A DNA stretch of 64,000 nucleotides from Podarcis muralis (GCF_964188315.1 NC_135667.1:26412001-26476000); one strand, 5' to 3'; positions 1-13,235 are shown, numbered from the stretch's first letter. Notes: generated by a model from the letters alone, not told the origin. Made by a program: numbers and translations.

Positions 1-181
1 AATACATGGGGGAATGAAGAGCAGAATTGGTTAAAGTAGCAACGATGATGAAAGTGTTTCCCATCAAGATCATAAGGTACAAAGTCAGCACCAGAAGGAA
101 TAGGATGATCTTTATAGAATGTACATCAGTTAACGGCTCAAAAATGAATTGAGACACAGACGACTGGTTCCTACCATCCAT
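1..181 (-). CDS. Olfactory receptor, 5' part (runs off left edge)
   Basis: Manual translation from the ATG at 181: MDGRNQSSVSQFIFEPLTDVHSIKIILFLLVLTLYLMILMGNTFIIVATLTNSALHSPMY. It shows an N-glycosylation sequon, TM1 'GN' and the LHxPMY OR motif. Not in the ORF track. Candidate splice acceptor at 261-262. Confidence 0.9.
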   Translation of the reverse strand, partial: MDGRNQSSVSQFIFEPLTDVHSIKIILFLLVLTLYLMILMGNTFIIVATLTNSALHSPMY

Positions 182-1599
182 GTTGATAGTTCAAAGCATT
201 ATCATCAAGATATTTTCCCTCATTGCAGAAAAACTCTTTTTCCCCCACAGCAGGTTGCATCTAATTTAAATAAGAAAAAAATGTAAATAAATAGTACCCA
301 AATGCATGTTGATAGTGAATAATGACAGTAAACATTGTGCCTGCAGCAGCACTTGGGAGGGGGGCTGAAAAATGAAGCAAAGTTAGGTGTTTGAGGGCAC
401 TTTATTCCTCTTCAAATTGAAGTCTGATGCCAATAAAGTCAGATCAGGTCTCCCGCAAAGTCTCACACCACTTTGCTGTTTTGTTGTTTCTGTTTTATTT
501 TGCTCCTTTTAGCTCTTTTCCCCTATGGCCGTGGGCTTTGGCAAAAAGAAAGCTGTCCAAAACATTGTCTGCAGAGCACCAAACGGTTCTGGATGATATT
601 GTTGTTAAAGCAGAGCAGCAGGATTTTATTAGAAAGCTAAATGCTTCATTTTTAAGAATAATATAAAAAAGAGTCCATTCCTCTGTTTGAAAGGGCTAGG
701 TATAGGAATTCTCAAGAGTTTTGCAGCACAGGCAATATTCGGTGTAAGCTCACCTTACCAGTCCTAATGGAAGACTTTCTTTCACTCCAGACACAGACAA
801 GCACAAGAAAGCTAACCTGGTCATGTGAAGCAGCTAATGTTTTAGAAATGTGCAAGCAAGAATACATACCACTTGGTGCTGCCTAATTATTTTAAGCTAA
901 GAAGAACAAGCTACAAACCCCTGCTCCCCATTTAGAAAATATGAAAGTAATGTGATTTTGGGAGTTTCAATTGAATCACCATTATTTACATTTCTTGATT
1001 GCTTTTAGCCATGACAAGTCAAAAGAATTTACAATATTTTAGGCAAAAAAAAAACCAATGCATACTGTCGCATGCTACCCCAATCTCTGAAAGGTGCGAG
1101 ATTCCAGGAGTTTGAGGCACTTGCCCAGGATTCGGTTTCCTTGGAATGAGGGACAGCAGTGACGGTGGTGGCTGCATGATATATGGTTTACACATATATA
1201 AAACCTGAGCCTAAGCACCCCAGAAGGTTGTGCTTCTCCCATATTCACAGCCTTGGGATCAAACAGGAAACAAACATGGCTCTCACTCTCTGGCTTTTGT
1301 CTGCTTCTAGTCCAGCTCATACACACTCAACTGCCCTGGTTTTTGTTTTTCCTCACTACCAGCCAGGTACTCTTCTAGCACAAAGTCACTTCATTTGTTA
1401 TACTAATGACCATACTTGTGGCCATTAACTCAACAAGAATATTGCTTGGCTGATTCAACAGTGCAATTCTCCATTGGATTTTTAACACTTGCAGGTCCCA
1501 GGACCCCAGAAATTAGAAGGGACTCAGGCACAACAATACATACATTAAAACCAGCATGTGTCATGTGCCTCATGTCCATAACTCTCCCAGGAAGGCTCA

Positions 1600-1768
1600 C
1601 CTGGCTATTTAAATAATCTATGGCATTTTAAATGGGGGATATTTTTTGTTTGATGCTATGGTATATATTTTGTGTTCTTATATTGTAAATTACCCTATGA
1701 TCCTCAGATGAAGGACGGTATAGAATTTTGATAAATAATAATAAATAAATACATAAATACATAAATAA
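1600..1768 (+). mobile_element. L2-type LINE 3' tail fragment
   Basis: tgtaaattaccctatgatcctcagatgaaggacggtat followed by an (ATAA)n tail; similar to the tail at 10140-10200. Confidence 0.5.
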
Positions 1769-2821
1769 CCAATATTAGTTATTTCACTACCTGACATCAT
1801 GATGATTAGAAAATACTTACCACAGTGTAAATCCACCAAGAGTGATTAGGCAGAGGAGTGAAGGACAAAACGCTCACAGTTCAGCCAAATGTGTTCTGAA
1901 GCAGAAACCACTATGTATTCTAGTGTCAGAAATGCTGGCTATTTCCAGGAACTATGTAGATGTGCATTCCATCTCAGAAATACATAATCCATATAATTTA
2001 TATCAAGGCTTGAGGGACTCACTAACACTGAAATCCTATGCTTATCTATGCTCACAGGTAAGAGGGTATCAGACTACAGCATTAGCCTATGTCCAATCCA
2101 TACAGTCTCCTGCAGTACTCCTGTGTTACCATTTCCCACTAGTATGCTAGTGGATGTTCCTAGTGGATGTTCCAAGATGAGCTGTGGGAGAAACACAAAT
2201 ATTAAGATACTTGACTTAATTATTTTAACTATTCAAAAATCGATGATATCTGTGGTACAACTCCAAGGCAAATGTGGTCAGGAAACCTATTACTAAAAAT
2301 CTAGAAGGGCATGGTTATTTAAAATACACCTTAGTGTGAGGATTTCTACCTTTTATTTATCAGGGAAAGCAGGCTGTTTGGAAGAATCATCACCATATCC
2401 TTTCCCATAGTCGCTTTTCAACCTTTCTGGCATCTGTTGAGAGTGACCCTCTAGAGAGATAACTGATTAATTGTTTAGGATCTCCAAGAAAAATCATACA
2501 TATATATTCCTTTGATGAGTTGAAAAAAATCATTGATCATCTGCCACATTCAAATCTTCAAATGGCTACAATGGACACTAGAGGTTCCAATATGTTCTTT
2601 TAGTTGCTTACAACTATTCACCATAATTGTTAAACAACTAAGTATTAGTATTGTTTACAGCAGATACTACTTAATATTTATTCATGTAGGATCAAACAGT
2701 AGCTTGTTCTGTTCAATCTTTCCACCAGCTATATTCCACTAGCTATATTCAAGATTACGATGTGAAGAAATGTGTGCATTGTTGATATAGACACTACTGG
2801 GGGCTACCACCCTTGCTCTCA

Positions 2822-3068
2822 GTGTGGTGTAGTGGTTAAGAGCAGTAGACTCGTAATCTGGGGAACTGGGTTCGCGTCTCCGCTCCTCCACATGCAGCTG
2901 CTGGGTGACCTTGGGCTAGTCACACTTCTCTGAAGCCTCTCAGCCCCACTCACCTCACAGAGTGTTTGTTGTGGGGGAGGAAGGGAAAGGAGAATGTTAG
3001 CCGCTTTGAGACTCCTTCGGGTAGTGATAAAGCGGGATATCAATTCCAAACTCCTCCTCCTCCTCCTC
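2822..3068 (+). mobile_element. Squam3-like (MIR/Ther1-core) tRNA-derived SINE
   Basis: tRNA-like head gtggtgtagtggttaagagc...gggttcg, MIR-like core gctgggtgaccttgggctagtcac, LINE-derived tail, (CTC)n end. Confidence 0.8.
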
Positions 3069-3152
3069 ATTGCTTGCCAACCTGGCCTGCCCCCACCATC
3101 ATTAAAACCCCTTTCTTTACACCTTGCCAAAATAAGCCATCCCCTCACTGAT

Positions 3153-3525
3153 CAGGTGGTGCTGTGGTCTAAAACACTGAGCCTCTTGGGCTTGCCAATC
3201 AGAAGGTTTGCAGTTCAAATCCCCACAACGGATTGAGCTCCCATTGCTCTGTCCCAGCTTCTGCCAACCTAGCAGTTCGAAAGCATGCCAGTGCAAGTAG
3301 ATAAATAGATACTGCTGCAGCAGGAAGGTGAACAGTGTTTCCGTGCACTCTGGTTTCCATCACAATGTTCTGTTGTGCCAGAAGCAGTTTAGTCATGCTG
3401 GCCACATGACCTGGAAAGCTGTCTGTGGACAAACACCAGCTCCTTTGGCCTGAAAGCGAGATGAGTGCTGCATCCCATAGTTGCCTTTGACTGGACTTAA
3501 CCATCCAGGGGTCCTTTACCTTTAC
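3153..3525 (+). mobile_element. Sauria SINE (Squam1)
   Basis: Diagnostic aacctagcagttcgaaagc...gtgcaagtagataaatag core and ggggtcctttacctttac 3' end. Confidence 0.9.
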
Positions 3526-3862
3526 ATTTTTTTTACCTTCAACCACCATCTCCTCACAACTCTGTCAACTCTCCAATACCCTTGCCGTTTCATCAATCCC
3601 CACCTCTTGAGCAGCTCCTTCAGACCCCCCCCCACCCCCTCACTGTTCTTTCCATGCCCTCAACCTCTCCAGCTCCTTTAATCCCCCTTCCTTTAATCCT
3701 CCATCCCCTTCAACCCCCATCCCATAAAAGCTCATTCAACTCCCCACACTAGCCTACCTGTCAAACTCAATCTTGTGGCCAAAGTTCTTCACTGTTTTAA
3801 AGGGCCTGCAGGTATCTGTTCTTTACATTAAATATGTGTTAGAAAGCAACAGACTGGCTTTC

Positions 3863-3959
3863 ATTAGGCAGAACTCACTGGGACTCAGTTCTTTCTCAGA
3901 GAATGAGGGAGGTGTTCATGGTAAATTTTGACACTTCTTTTACTAGAAAAATAGCACTG
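3863..3959. mobile_element. Non-autonomous hAT-like MITE fragment
   Basis: agaactcactgggactcagtt...ggaggtgttcatggt...ctagaaaaatagcactg, shared with the copy at 37036-37174. Confidence 0.55.
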
Positions 3960-4800
3960 CCTACAATTTTATATGAACCTTCAGAATGAGCCCTCCCAGC
4001 CTGTCAGATGGCAACATGTGTACTATATAAGAGGTAAGCAACCTTCAGGTTACCTTCAGGAGCTAAGTGCAAAATGGCAGCTGAAAGGGAACAACTACCG
4101 TCATTATCAGCTCAACCACGTAAACTTGTCACTGGGACGGTCTGTACATGCACGTACAAACCTATGTGCGAGTTACTCCAACTCAGGGACTGTACAGCAA
4201 AATTCTAACAGTGACCAGTGAAGCTGCATAAGTGTCAAAGGCAACCAGTTAATAAACCTATTTTACAAACTCTTCAGCTCCCAAGGCCAATCAGGTGAGA
4301 GTAAAAAAAAAAAACCATCCCTGACAACCAGTCACCAAACATGTTACCAACAAAAGACCTAACCCCAAGGGAGGGTAAACATGGAATTCTTGATTCGAGT
4401 AGGGCTACTGTTGTGAATTGGACCACCTTTTCTAGACCAGGCAGCCCCACATTTCCCAGAAGTCCAGTGATACTGTGGAGACTCCCAGGGAATCCTATGA
4501 GGCCTTCAACTACTGGGGGCTCACCACACAGGACATCCAAAGCACCTTGATCACAAAAGCTGTCAGCATACTGGGATTTCTCATAATAACCCTCTGTGAC
4601 AGGCTACATCTAGACAGTGACAAAGTCAGGCCAGTGAACTTTATGGCCAATTGAGGATAGGAATCCATGTTTTTCTGTAGCCATAATCCAGCCTACAAAG
4701 CCATACAATCATTTTCCAGATCACTGTTCTGTGTCTGTTAGCTGACCCTAACAAACTAGACACAATGTGTGATGTACACCTGCTCCATAGAATAGACACA

Positions 4801-4833
<33 letters not shown>
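4801..4833. repeat. (CA)n microsatellite
   Basis: Direct reading. Confidence 0.95.
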
Positions 4834-4834
<1 letters not shown>

Positions 4835-4967
4835 ACAAGCATGTGGATCATCATAGTTGCCTGCATTTTAATTTCCCCCTTGGGGATGTGGATGGGGGAC
4901 TGTTATGTCAAGATTCTGTGCTTCAAATTTATGATTAAACCACTGATGAAATCAACTTCTTTCTTAT

Positions 4968-5008
4968 GGATGGATGGATGGATGGATGGATGGACGGATG
5001 GATGGATG
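4968..5008. repeat. (GGAT)n microsatellite
   Basis: Direct reading. Confidence 0.95.
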
Positions 5009-6832
5009 ACCTGGAAAATAATTTTATTTTTTCTTCCAATCTTCCAATCTTGTTCAATAAAATCTCATTTAAAAAATAAAGAAATCAGAATACATTTATT
5101 CATAGCATTTTAATTTGTTTAAATGAAAAACAAACAATTATGTTCTATGTAAAACTAAGAAGAAATCTACTACCTTTGTGCAGGAGGCACAACCTATGTC
5201 CTAATCATCCAATTAAATAAGAAGAGAGCAATTAAGGATTAATTAAGTCAAAAGCTAACAACTCTATGTTGCCACAAACACACAAGGCCCATTACCTCAG
5301 AAAGACCTTGTCAAATAAAGCCCCAAGGCACAAACTTCAACAGGCCACACCGGACTCATAATAAACAGCTGAAGTTGAAGACTGGAATACAATTGGGAGA
5401 GTTTACAATTAAAGGGAGGTTTGCCAATTACTCAGTATGATGAGGATTCGTCCTGTAATTAGAAGGCGCAGCTAATCTTACAAACATTTGTTTCATGTGT
5501 AAACTTTTTCCAAATAACTAAATATTGTCCTCTTACTTTATGAAAACATATATTGCTGTAACGGTTCTCCAATGTTTATTTTAATTGTAAAGAAACTAAT
5601 TCCAATTCTCAGTCTTTAATAAACATCTACAACAACTCCAATTGGAAACATGATCTAATTAAAGGGACTAATAGCAGATTGCTCAAAGGCATAGCTAATG
5701 AAATCCTAGAGTTATAGGCCCCATTCCTCATGTTTTATATCTACAGAGCCAAAGTTTATATCTACAGTGTAAGGCGGACACATATTATTGGGACCCAGAT
5801 ATCCAGGGTGTAGGGCAGTCCAGGTTTCAATCCCATTACTATGAAAGAAAGAAAAAGAATCAATATTGTATATTATGCTTGACATTTATGGGAACTTATT
5901 TATCTATGAATTTCTTGTCCAGCTCTTCAAATATTGCCATAGTATTACTCCATTGGTCTATATTTGTAAAGTGTTAGGTCCAGATGTAGCTGTGCTTAGA
6001 ACAGACCCACAGAAATAATGATTAACTTAAATATCCTTAAATTTAGTGGATCTGTTGTAAGCATTACTAAGTTTGGATACAACCCAAAATGCTTCCTGCC
6101 ATGTTAGACCTTTTGATGCTTCAGATAGCATTTTATGTAAATGGGATTGAGATGGTTGGTTTTTGACCAAGCAGTATACAAGTCTTGTTCAATAAAATCA
6201 CATTTAAAAAATGAGGAAATCATGTATTAAGACCAACTGAAAATTTGCAAAATATCAAGCTGTGTAGAATTTGAGAAAAGATGGGGGACTCTAATGGAAT
6301 CATCATCACCATCAATCATCCAGTATTGGTTAGGGAAGAAATTTCATGTTCGTTCAGTTTCCCATTTGCCAGCCTTCATTTCTCTCCATTTCTGAATCAC
6401 TTTGTTAATCACTTTGATTTATTATTTTCTAAAGTTGTTATAAAACTTCATTTTGGAAAATAAAAAAGGAAGTGCAGTGAAGTCCTACAGTCTTTGCCAA
6501 TGCTTCATGTGAACTTTCTTTAATCTCATCACCAGTGAGTGAGAAGTGGAGTTACACCTTTTTGATGTCAGCATGGTATTGGGATTAGGTGAGGCAGGAG
6601 CAAAGGCTGGGCAACTCTAGATTGGTGACATACCTATAGGATGTTACTGCAAAGCTGGAGTTCCCCTAATTTCTCCACCACACAACTACATCCCCATCCT
6701 GGAGAAATCATTGTCAATGCACTGCCACAACAGTAGCACCACCACTCTGCCCTGCCCACCCCATGTTATGGATTCATGAGATTGTTTCAGCCACATCTTG
6801 AAAAAAGATATGGAAAACATGTATTTCTTCCA

Positions 6833-7793
6833 TCATTTATTTATTTTCATGTGTACATTTGAATGCAACCTTCCTTTGATTAAGTCTCTCAGGGCCTCTT
6901 TCACCTTTTCATTTCTCAGGGTGTAGATAAAAGTGTTGAGGACAGGGGTTATCACCGCTGTTAAGATGCTCACCACTTTCTTGAGATCCAGGGATGATCC
7001 CTTTGATTGCCTCAGATACATGAATATGGCACTTCCGTAGTAGATGGAAGCCACAGTGATGTGGGCAACACAAGTGGAAAAGGCCTTCTTCTTCCCAGTA
7101 GCTGATGGGATTCTCAGCACCGCAGTGATGATAGAAATGTAGGACACTGTTGTTAATACCAAAGATCCCAGAAGTACAATTATAGCAATTATGAAATCTA
7201 GAAACTCAATATGGTGTGTACTGGAGCAAGAGAGAGCAAGGAGTGGTTCAATATCACAAAAGAAATTATTGATGATGTTAGAGCCACAGAATGATAGTTT
7301 TGATATAGCAGAAACAGGCCAAATCACAAAAATGAATCCTGCCAACCAACAAAAAAATGACAAGTCATGAGCAGAGCCTGAAGCTCATGATTGAAGCATA
7401 GCGTAGTGGATCGCATATTGCTACATAGCGATCAAAGGACATGACAGCCAGCAGTACAAACTCTGCCACTCCGAGGAAGAAATAGAGGAAGCACTGAGTT
7501 ATGCAGCCATAAAATGATAATGTTTTTGTTCTTGAGAGAAGGTTAGAAAGTGTGACTGGGGTGATGGATAATGTAAATGCTATCTCCAGGATGGACAAGT
7601 TTAAGAGGAAGAAGTACATTGGCCTATGAAGACGAGAATCAACTAAAACCAGAACTGTAATGGTCAAGTTCCCCAACAATGACAATGCAAATACCAGTAA
7701 AAGCAGATAGAAGAAGATTATCACTAAGTGATTGGGAACTGGGATGCCCAGAAGAACAAACTCATCAAATGTGCTGTAGTTTTCTGGATGCAC
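6833..7793 (-). pseudogene. Olfactory receptor pseudogene (OR6-like clade)
   Basis: Two adjacent OR ORFs (LHRPMYFFL, MSFDRYVAIC, KAFSTC, NTFIYTLRN). The start codon is GTG at 7793, there is an in-frame TGA at 7365-7367, and a 1-nt frame offset lies next to a T7 run at ~7351-7364. Confidence 0.9.
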
Positions 7794-9414
7794 TTAGGTG
7801 CAAACTGCAAATAAGAAAGGATCAAAATGTCATGAAACAAAGGCAATTGATGAAATAATACTTTAAAAACAGAAAGTCCCACATCTTATCAGCTCTCTCA
7901 GAGAACTGACCTGCGCCTTCCTGGACAGCTATGAGTCCAAAATAACTCCCAGGCTGAGCACCTGGTCCTTCAGGGGCACAGTTGCCCCATTCATTATTAT
8001 TTTTTATAGACATCTTTATTGGTTTTTCAATTAGTTTACAGCCATCCTTTTCATACACATCAATATTCATAATAAACAATTGGACACTATGAACATTCCA
8101 ATGTTTAACATGTATGCATAAACTAAAGAGAAATTTAATATTATCTTACTTATCTACTTATTTTGTTGCTACTTTGTTTGCACCATATTTCCTTCCACCT
8201 CTTACTTGGGTCCTTGGAATTCTATGTTATATGCCTTTCCAATTGTATCTAAGATTCTATTTAAGCATGAAGAATCAAGCATAAACTTCTAGCACTATTT
8301 AAGAATTGTGGCAGCAACTAAATAAAGAAGTTTGAAAATAGTATGTTACAGTATGTTCTTTTAGGAAGAAGGTAAATGCTCATGAACCTAATAATTAGAT
8401 ACTGAGCAATTTTACTGCCAACACATTATTTTAACTAAAGTGAAGGAATTAAGAGTAGTGCATTAAACTTTAGCTTTGACTTTCCCACCCTCATTTAATA
8501 GTTTACAAACCAAGACATTTAGCTGATTTTCATCCTTCCTACAAGAATCTGGGAATGAAAATTTCCTTAGAAGCATTTTACCCTTCTTCTGAAATTAAAA
8601 GCAAAGTTCTGTGTTCTGTCAGTTCTTGGCTCAGAAACATCTCCACCTGATGAAACAGAACATGACTACAGTGACTCCAGTGTTTCAAAACTCAAACATC
8701 TAAGCAGGTTTCATCCCAGAGGGAGTAATCAGGCAATTTCACCCTAGGCAAAAAGTTGATTCACTTCCAAAGAGAATTTCAACTTTATATTTTCAAAATT
8801 ATTATTCTTTTGATTAGTCCACTGAGTTGTGACTACAGAAAGACATTGTACTTCTATGGAGCAGTTTCCTGAAACAATCAGATGGGATTCTGGAATTCAA
8901 GGGATTCATACTCGTTCAGTGATTCATAAAATAAGTTTATTTGCGGATATGGAAAGGTGTCTGGTTTACAGTTAATTTTCCAAAACCAGAGATTTTGCCA
9001 GTAAAAACTGAGAGTCAGCATGGAGCTATTAAAGTCCAATTTGGTTATGGATAGTTAGGGAATAGCAGAAATATCTGGGGGTTATATTTTAGTTAATATA
9101 AATACATTAATCAAATTTATACATATTAATGAAATATTACTAAAACAGTATAAAACTATATGAATTAATTGGAAACATAAGTTGGTCATTAAATTCTACT
9201 CATAGTAGTCCTACTGAAATGGATGGACCAGTTGTCATGTCTGTTAATTTCAATGGGCCTACATATGACTAAGATTAGATGCAATCCTTTATCATTATTT
9301 GTACATTATGAGTGAAGAAAACTCTTTGTTCTAGGTCTCAACAATTCTAAGATACATTTTAAAAAAGAATCTGAGAAATAGGCATCTTCCTCTCACAAAT
9401 GGACAAGCAGATAC

Positions 9415-10200
9415 ACAGCTTAGCGCGACTCCTGGATCTAGTGCTGTCGCTTGAGGCTCAGGTGGCCTTGGTGGCGCAGAATGCCTTCCGTCAGCTTTGG
9501 CTGGTGGCCCAGCTGCACCCCTATCTGTACAGGGATAGCCTAACTTCTATTGCCTATGCTCTAGTAACCAATTAGGTTAGGTTACAGCAATGCATTATAC
9601 ATAGGGCTGCTTCTGAAGATGGTTTGGAAACTTCATCTGGTGCAGAATTTAGTAGCCAGGTAGCTCACCAGGGCAAGACAGTTTGAGCATAGTACACCAG
9701 TCTTGAGGATCCAACTGCACTGGTTGCCAATTAGTTTCCAGGCCCAATTTAAAGCGCTGGTTTAGACCTATAAAGCCTTAAATGGCTCGGGACTGCAATA
9801 CCTTAAGGACCGCCTCTCCTTGTATGAACAAACTTGGACCCTGAGACCATCACCTGACAATTATTTTCATGTGCCTACTGCACAGGAGGTCCAGAGGGTG
9901 GCAACACAAAATGGGTCTTTTCTGCAGTGGCTTCTCTTTTGTGTTATGCTCTCTTCAGGGATGTTTGCCTGCAACCTTCATTACATATCTTCAGGAGTCA
10001 GGCAAAAACGCTTCTCTTTAACCAAGCATTTGCCTTTGTCTGATTAACATTCTATGTCCTTTTAAATGTGTTTTTGGGAGGGGGTTATTAGTTTGTTGCT
10101 TTTTTGTCCTTTGTTCTGACTTCTCCTTTTTTATTTTTATATTGTGAACCACCTGTGATCTTCAGATGAAGGGTGGTATGCAAATTTAATAAATAAATAT
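9415..10200 (+). mobile_element. L2 LINE 3' fragment (decayed RT C-terminus plus tail)
   Basis: Decayed coding remnants NALYIGL.LKMVWKLHLVQN...LHWLPI and an L2-type tail ending aataaataaat. Confidence 0.8.
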
Positions 10201-10922
10201 GCATAATTAGAAATAAATAAACTACATTTGGCATCTATCCCCCAGAATTAATATTTGCACTTAACATGTTTTTAGGAGATAAAACGAAATTGTTCCCCAG
10301 CTTCTGGAAGTTTAATAGATGGCAGACAAGCCAATTTCACAGACGCTGTCAAATTTCTGTAAAACCTCTGGTTTCATGCCACTGGGATAAGCAATCTTCA
10401 TAAGTAATTAAATGGGCCAAGGAAGTGGAGAAAGCAGGCAATCAATAATATAGAATGAGGTTTGGAATTCGCCTCTTCTTTATTAACTTTCCACCAATAA
10501 CAGGAAAACAATCTTTTTAATGTAAAGACAAAATGGTATCATTCACTGGCAAAATGTATTGTATTAACAAGTTAAGCTTCAAAATGTACTGTATTCGCCT
10601 CCACAGAAAAAGGCTTCCTTCGCACCCATATTCCTGGAAAAAATGTTGGGCTGAATTATTTGGTCCTGCTTGATATGTGGTTTTTTATTACATTAAATAA
10701 CCAGGTATAACAACCAGCTGCAAATGTTCCTATATAGATCATCACTGGCCCCGTATCGATGGGTAGTCCCCCTCACAATTCTAATGCCCCTCATTAGTCT
10801 CATAGGAACATGTACAGATCCCATTGATACGTACTTTCCAAATCTCACAGCAGAACATTTTATCCCAAGAAACAAAAGCAAAACATTAAATATGAGAGAT
10901 CATCGCAGCCACATCTAATTTA

Positions 10923-11912
10923 TCAACTAAATTGTTGCAGTTTTCCAAACTGGATTCTCAAAGGCATTGGGCAAGGTGGGCATCTACCAAGGATTTTCCC
11001 CAAAGCTTCATTTACATCTTTGTTCCTTAGGCTGTATATGAGGGGGTTGACCATTGGAGTGAGGACAGTGTAAAAGAGAGAAAACACTTTGTCAAGATGC
11101 CTTAGGATGCTGACTTTTGGGAGCATATAGACCATTACGAGTGTTCCATAGAACAGGCTGACCACTGACAGGTGAGAGGAGCAGGTGGAAAATGCCTTTT
11201 TCCTTCCAGTAGTGGATGAGATTCTTAGGATCGTGGCTATGATATAAATGTATGAGGTCATGGTGAGCAGGAAAGGAGGCAAAGTGAATGTGCAGGCAAA
11301 AACAAAATTGGTGAGCTCCATCCAATAGGTGTCACTGCAGGAGAGCTTTAGCATGGGTTTTAAGTCACATATATAATGATCTATTTCATTGGGGCCACAG
11401 AAGAACAACCATGACATTGAAATGGTTGTAATGGTGCTGACCAAAAACCCACATACCCAAGACCCAGCTGAGAGCTGGAAGCACAACTGGCCATTCATGA
11501 GGGCTGCATAACGCAGTGGTTTACAAATGGCTAAGTACCTGTCATAAGACATTGCAGAAAGGAGATAGCATTCAGTTCCCGCTAGGCAAGCAAATACGTA
11601 ATACTGCACAAAACAGCCTGCAAATGAAATCTCTTTCAAGCCGGTCAAGAAACTAGCCAGCATTCTTGGGAGAACAGCTGAGCTATAGCAGATTTCCAAG
11701 CAAGAGAGATTCCCCAAGAAGAAGTACATTGGAGTGTGAAGGCGTCGGTCAGTCACAATGAGCACGGTGATGAGAAGGTTCCCACACAGGGTCACCAAGT
11801 AAATAATCAGAAATACCAGGAAAAAAAGACCTTGCAGTTTAGGGAGATCCTCAAATCCTAGCAGGATAAATTCTGTGACAGTTGTTTGATTTCTCCATCC
11901 TGCTCTTCCCAT
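10923..11912 (-). CDS. Olfactory receptor, class II (OR6/10/11-related reptile clade), 329 aa, intact
   Basis: NQT sequon, LHTPMYFFLGNLS, MSYDRYLAIC, KAFSTCSSH, PMVNPLIYSLRN. Splice acceptor TTTCATCCTCCCACAG 10 nt upstream of the ATG. Confidence 0.95.
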   Translation of the reverse strand: MGRAGWRNQTTVTEFILLGFEDLPKLQGLFFLVFLIIYLVTLCGNLLITVLIVTDRRLHTPMYFFLGNLSCLEICYSSAVLPRMLASFLTGLKEISFAGCFVQYYVFACLAGTECYLLSAMSYDRYLAICKPLRYAALMNGQLCFQLSAGSWVCGFLVSTITTISMSWLFFCGPNEIDHYICDLKPMLKLSCSDTYWMELTNFVFACTFTLPPFLLTMTSYIYIIATILRISSTTGRKKAFSTCSSHLSVVSLFYGTLVMVYMLPKVSILRHLDKVFSLFYTVLTPMVNPLIYSLRNKDVNEALGKILGRCPPCPMPLRIQFGKLQQFS

Positions 11913-13119
11913 AGGTTTCTTTCTGTGGGAGGATGAAATAAACCATCAGATCTCTTTGAGGAGGAGCAACAATTTAGTCAACAAAGCTAAGACAATGGAA
12001 GCTCAATTTCATCAGTCTCCTTCAACTGCTGCAGAAAGTGCAGAGAGAGATTTGCCTCACAGTAGGATATGTCTCTGCCTAACAATGCTTTTGTTTCATT
12101 TTGTTTTTAAACACAGTCCTAGTACCCATATCTGTCCCCTTAACCAGGGACAGTGGGCCTTTCCTGTGGGCTTTATGGTCAACCTTTCAGTGCCCTCATA
12201 CCATGTGGGACCCAGTCCCTAAAAAAAGAACCAGTTCACTAAAAAGAGAAAAGAGTAGCACTTTACCTTAATTACAAATGTTTAATAAAAGCTGCTATGC
12301 TGTCAAAATCCCTGTACTGCAATTTTCTGGAAAACTAGTGGTTGACATGCAACTTGGTTTTCATGTAGGATGTTCTCTTTTAAATCACCCTTAATCTACT
12401 CAATCTGCTGCCTGCAGTTCCCATTGAAACCAAGCAACTTAAGGCTGACACTGTCTCTGGATGTGCTACAATATCCTCTAATGTTGGAAACGAACTACTT
12501 AAATAAATGAGCCCATTCTGATCTACAACAAGCAGAATGAAGAAACTCCCTTTACAATACTTCTACAGTGTAATTAGCAGAAGCACTGTAATGATCACTG
12601 CTAATTATAGAGATAGAAAAATATTACACCTGTTGTTAAATGGTGTTTCTGTTGCAAATTTATTAAAGAAATAAAAGCAGCAAAAGCATAGCAAAAGAAA
12701 AAAAATTACAAGGAATAAGGGGTGTGTGTGTCAACTTACATTAACAATACAAGAAGCATCAAGTCATCCATCATAATTTACACATACAGATTGATGCATG
12801 CCATCCAAATGTCTCAACAGGAATCCAAACAAAGTTGGTGTTTAAACAAAGTACGTTCAAATATAGTAAGGGTGTTCAGTTCTTCAGACCATTGCATAAT
12901 AGAGGGTGAGTATTTATCCTTCTGGGTTCAGAGTACAAGCCTGAGGTACTAAGGTTACTATAGGAATATAATTTAAAAATTCATGAACATCCACAAATAC
13001 TGATGATTTCACCAATACAAAACTGATATGGACAACAACCACAAAGGAATTATTATTATTAATTTTTTCTCCAAGGAACATGAAGTGGCATACATCATTT
13101 CCCAACTCCACATTAGTAC

Positions 13120-13235
13120 CCCCAAAAACCCTGTGAAATAGGTTACGCTGAGAGACGGGGATTGGCCCAAGGTCACCCAATGAGCTTTATGACTGCGTGG
13201 GGATTCAAATCTTGTTTTCCTAGGTCATAAGCCTC
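13120..13235 (-). mobile_element. MIR/Ther1-like SINE remnant
   Basis: aaccctgtgaaatagg...ttggcccaaggtcacccaatgagc...ggggattcaaatc is the reverse complement of a MIR-like core. Confidence 0.55.

Noticed and set aside
427-760. Plus-strand ORF/exon-like segment
   Set aside because: Stops in the plausible frames and no homology recognised. It more likely lies in the 5' intron or first-exon region of the minus-strand OR at 1-181.
2822-2900. tRNA-like sequences at SINE heads (also ~17900-17985 and ~44480-44566)
   Set aside because: These are Pol III A/B boxes of SINEs continuing into SINE bodies, not tRNA genes.
3540-3760. Strongly C-rich, strand-asymmetric tract
   Set aside because: Low-complexity sequence with no periodicity or boundaries; nothing supports a function beyond generic G-quadruplex potential.
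5434-5445. C-box-like ATGATGA (snoRNA?)
   Set aside because: No D box (CTGA) or terminal stem at a plausible distance.
4409-5634. Possible 1.2-kb solo LTR (tgttgtgaattgg start, AATAAA...caaca end)
   Set aside because: No matching TSD and the AATAAA is only ~7 nt from the end, so the boundaries cannot be supported.
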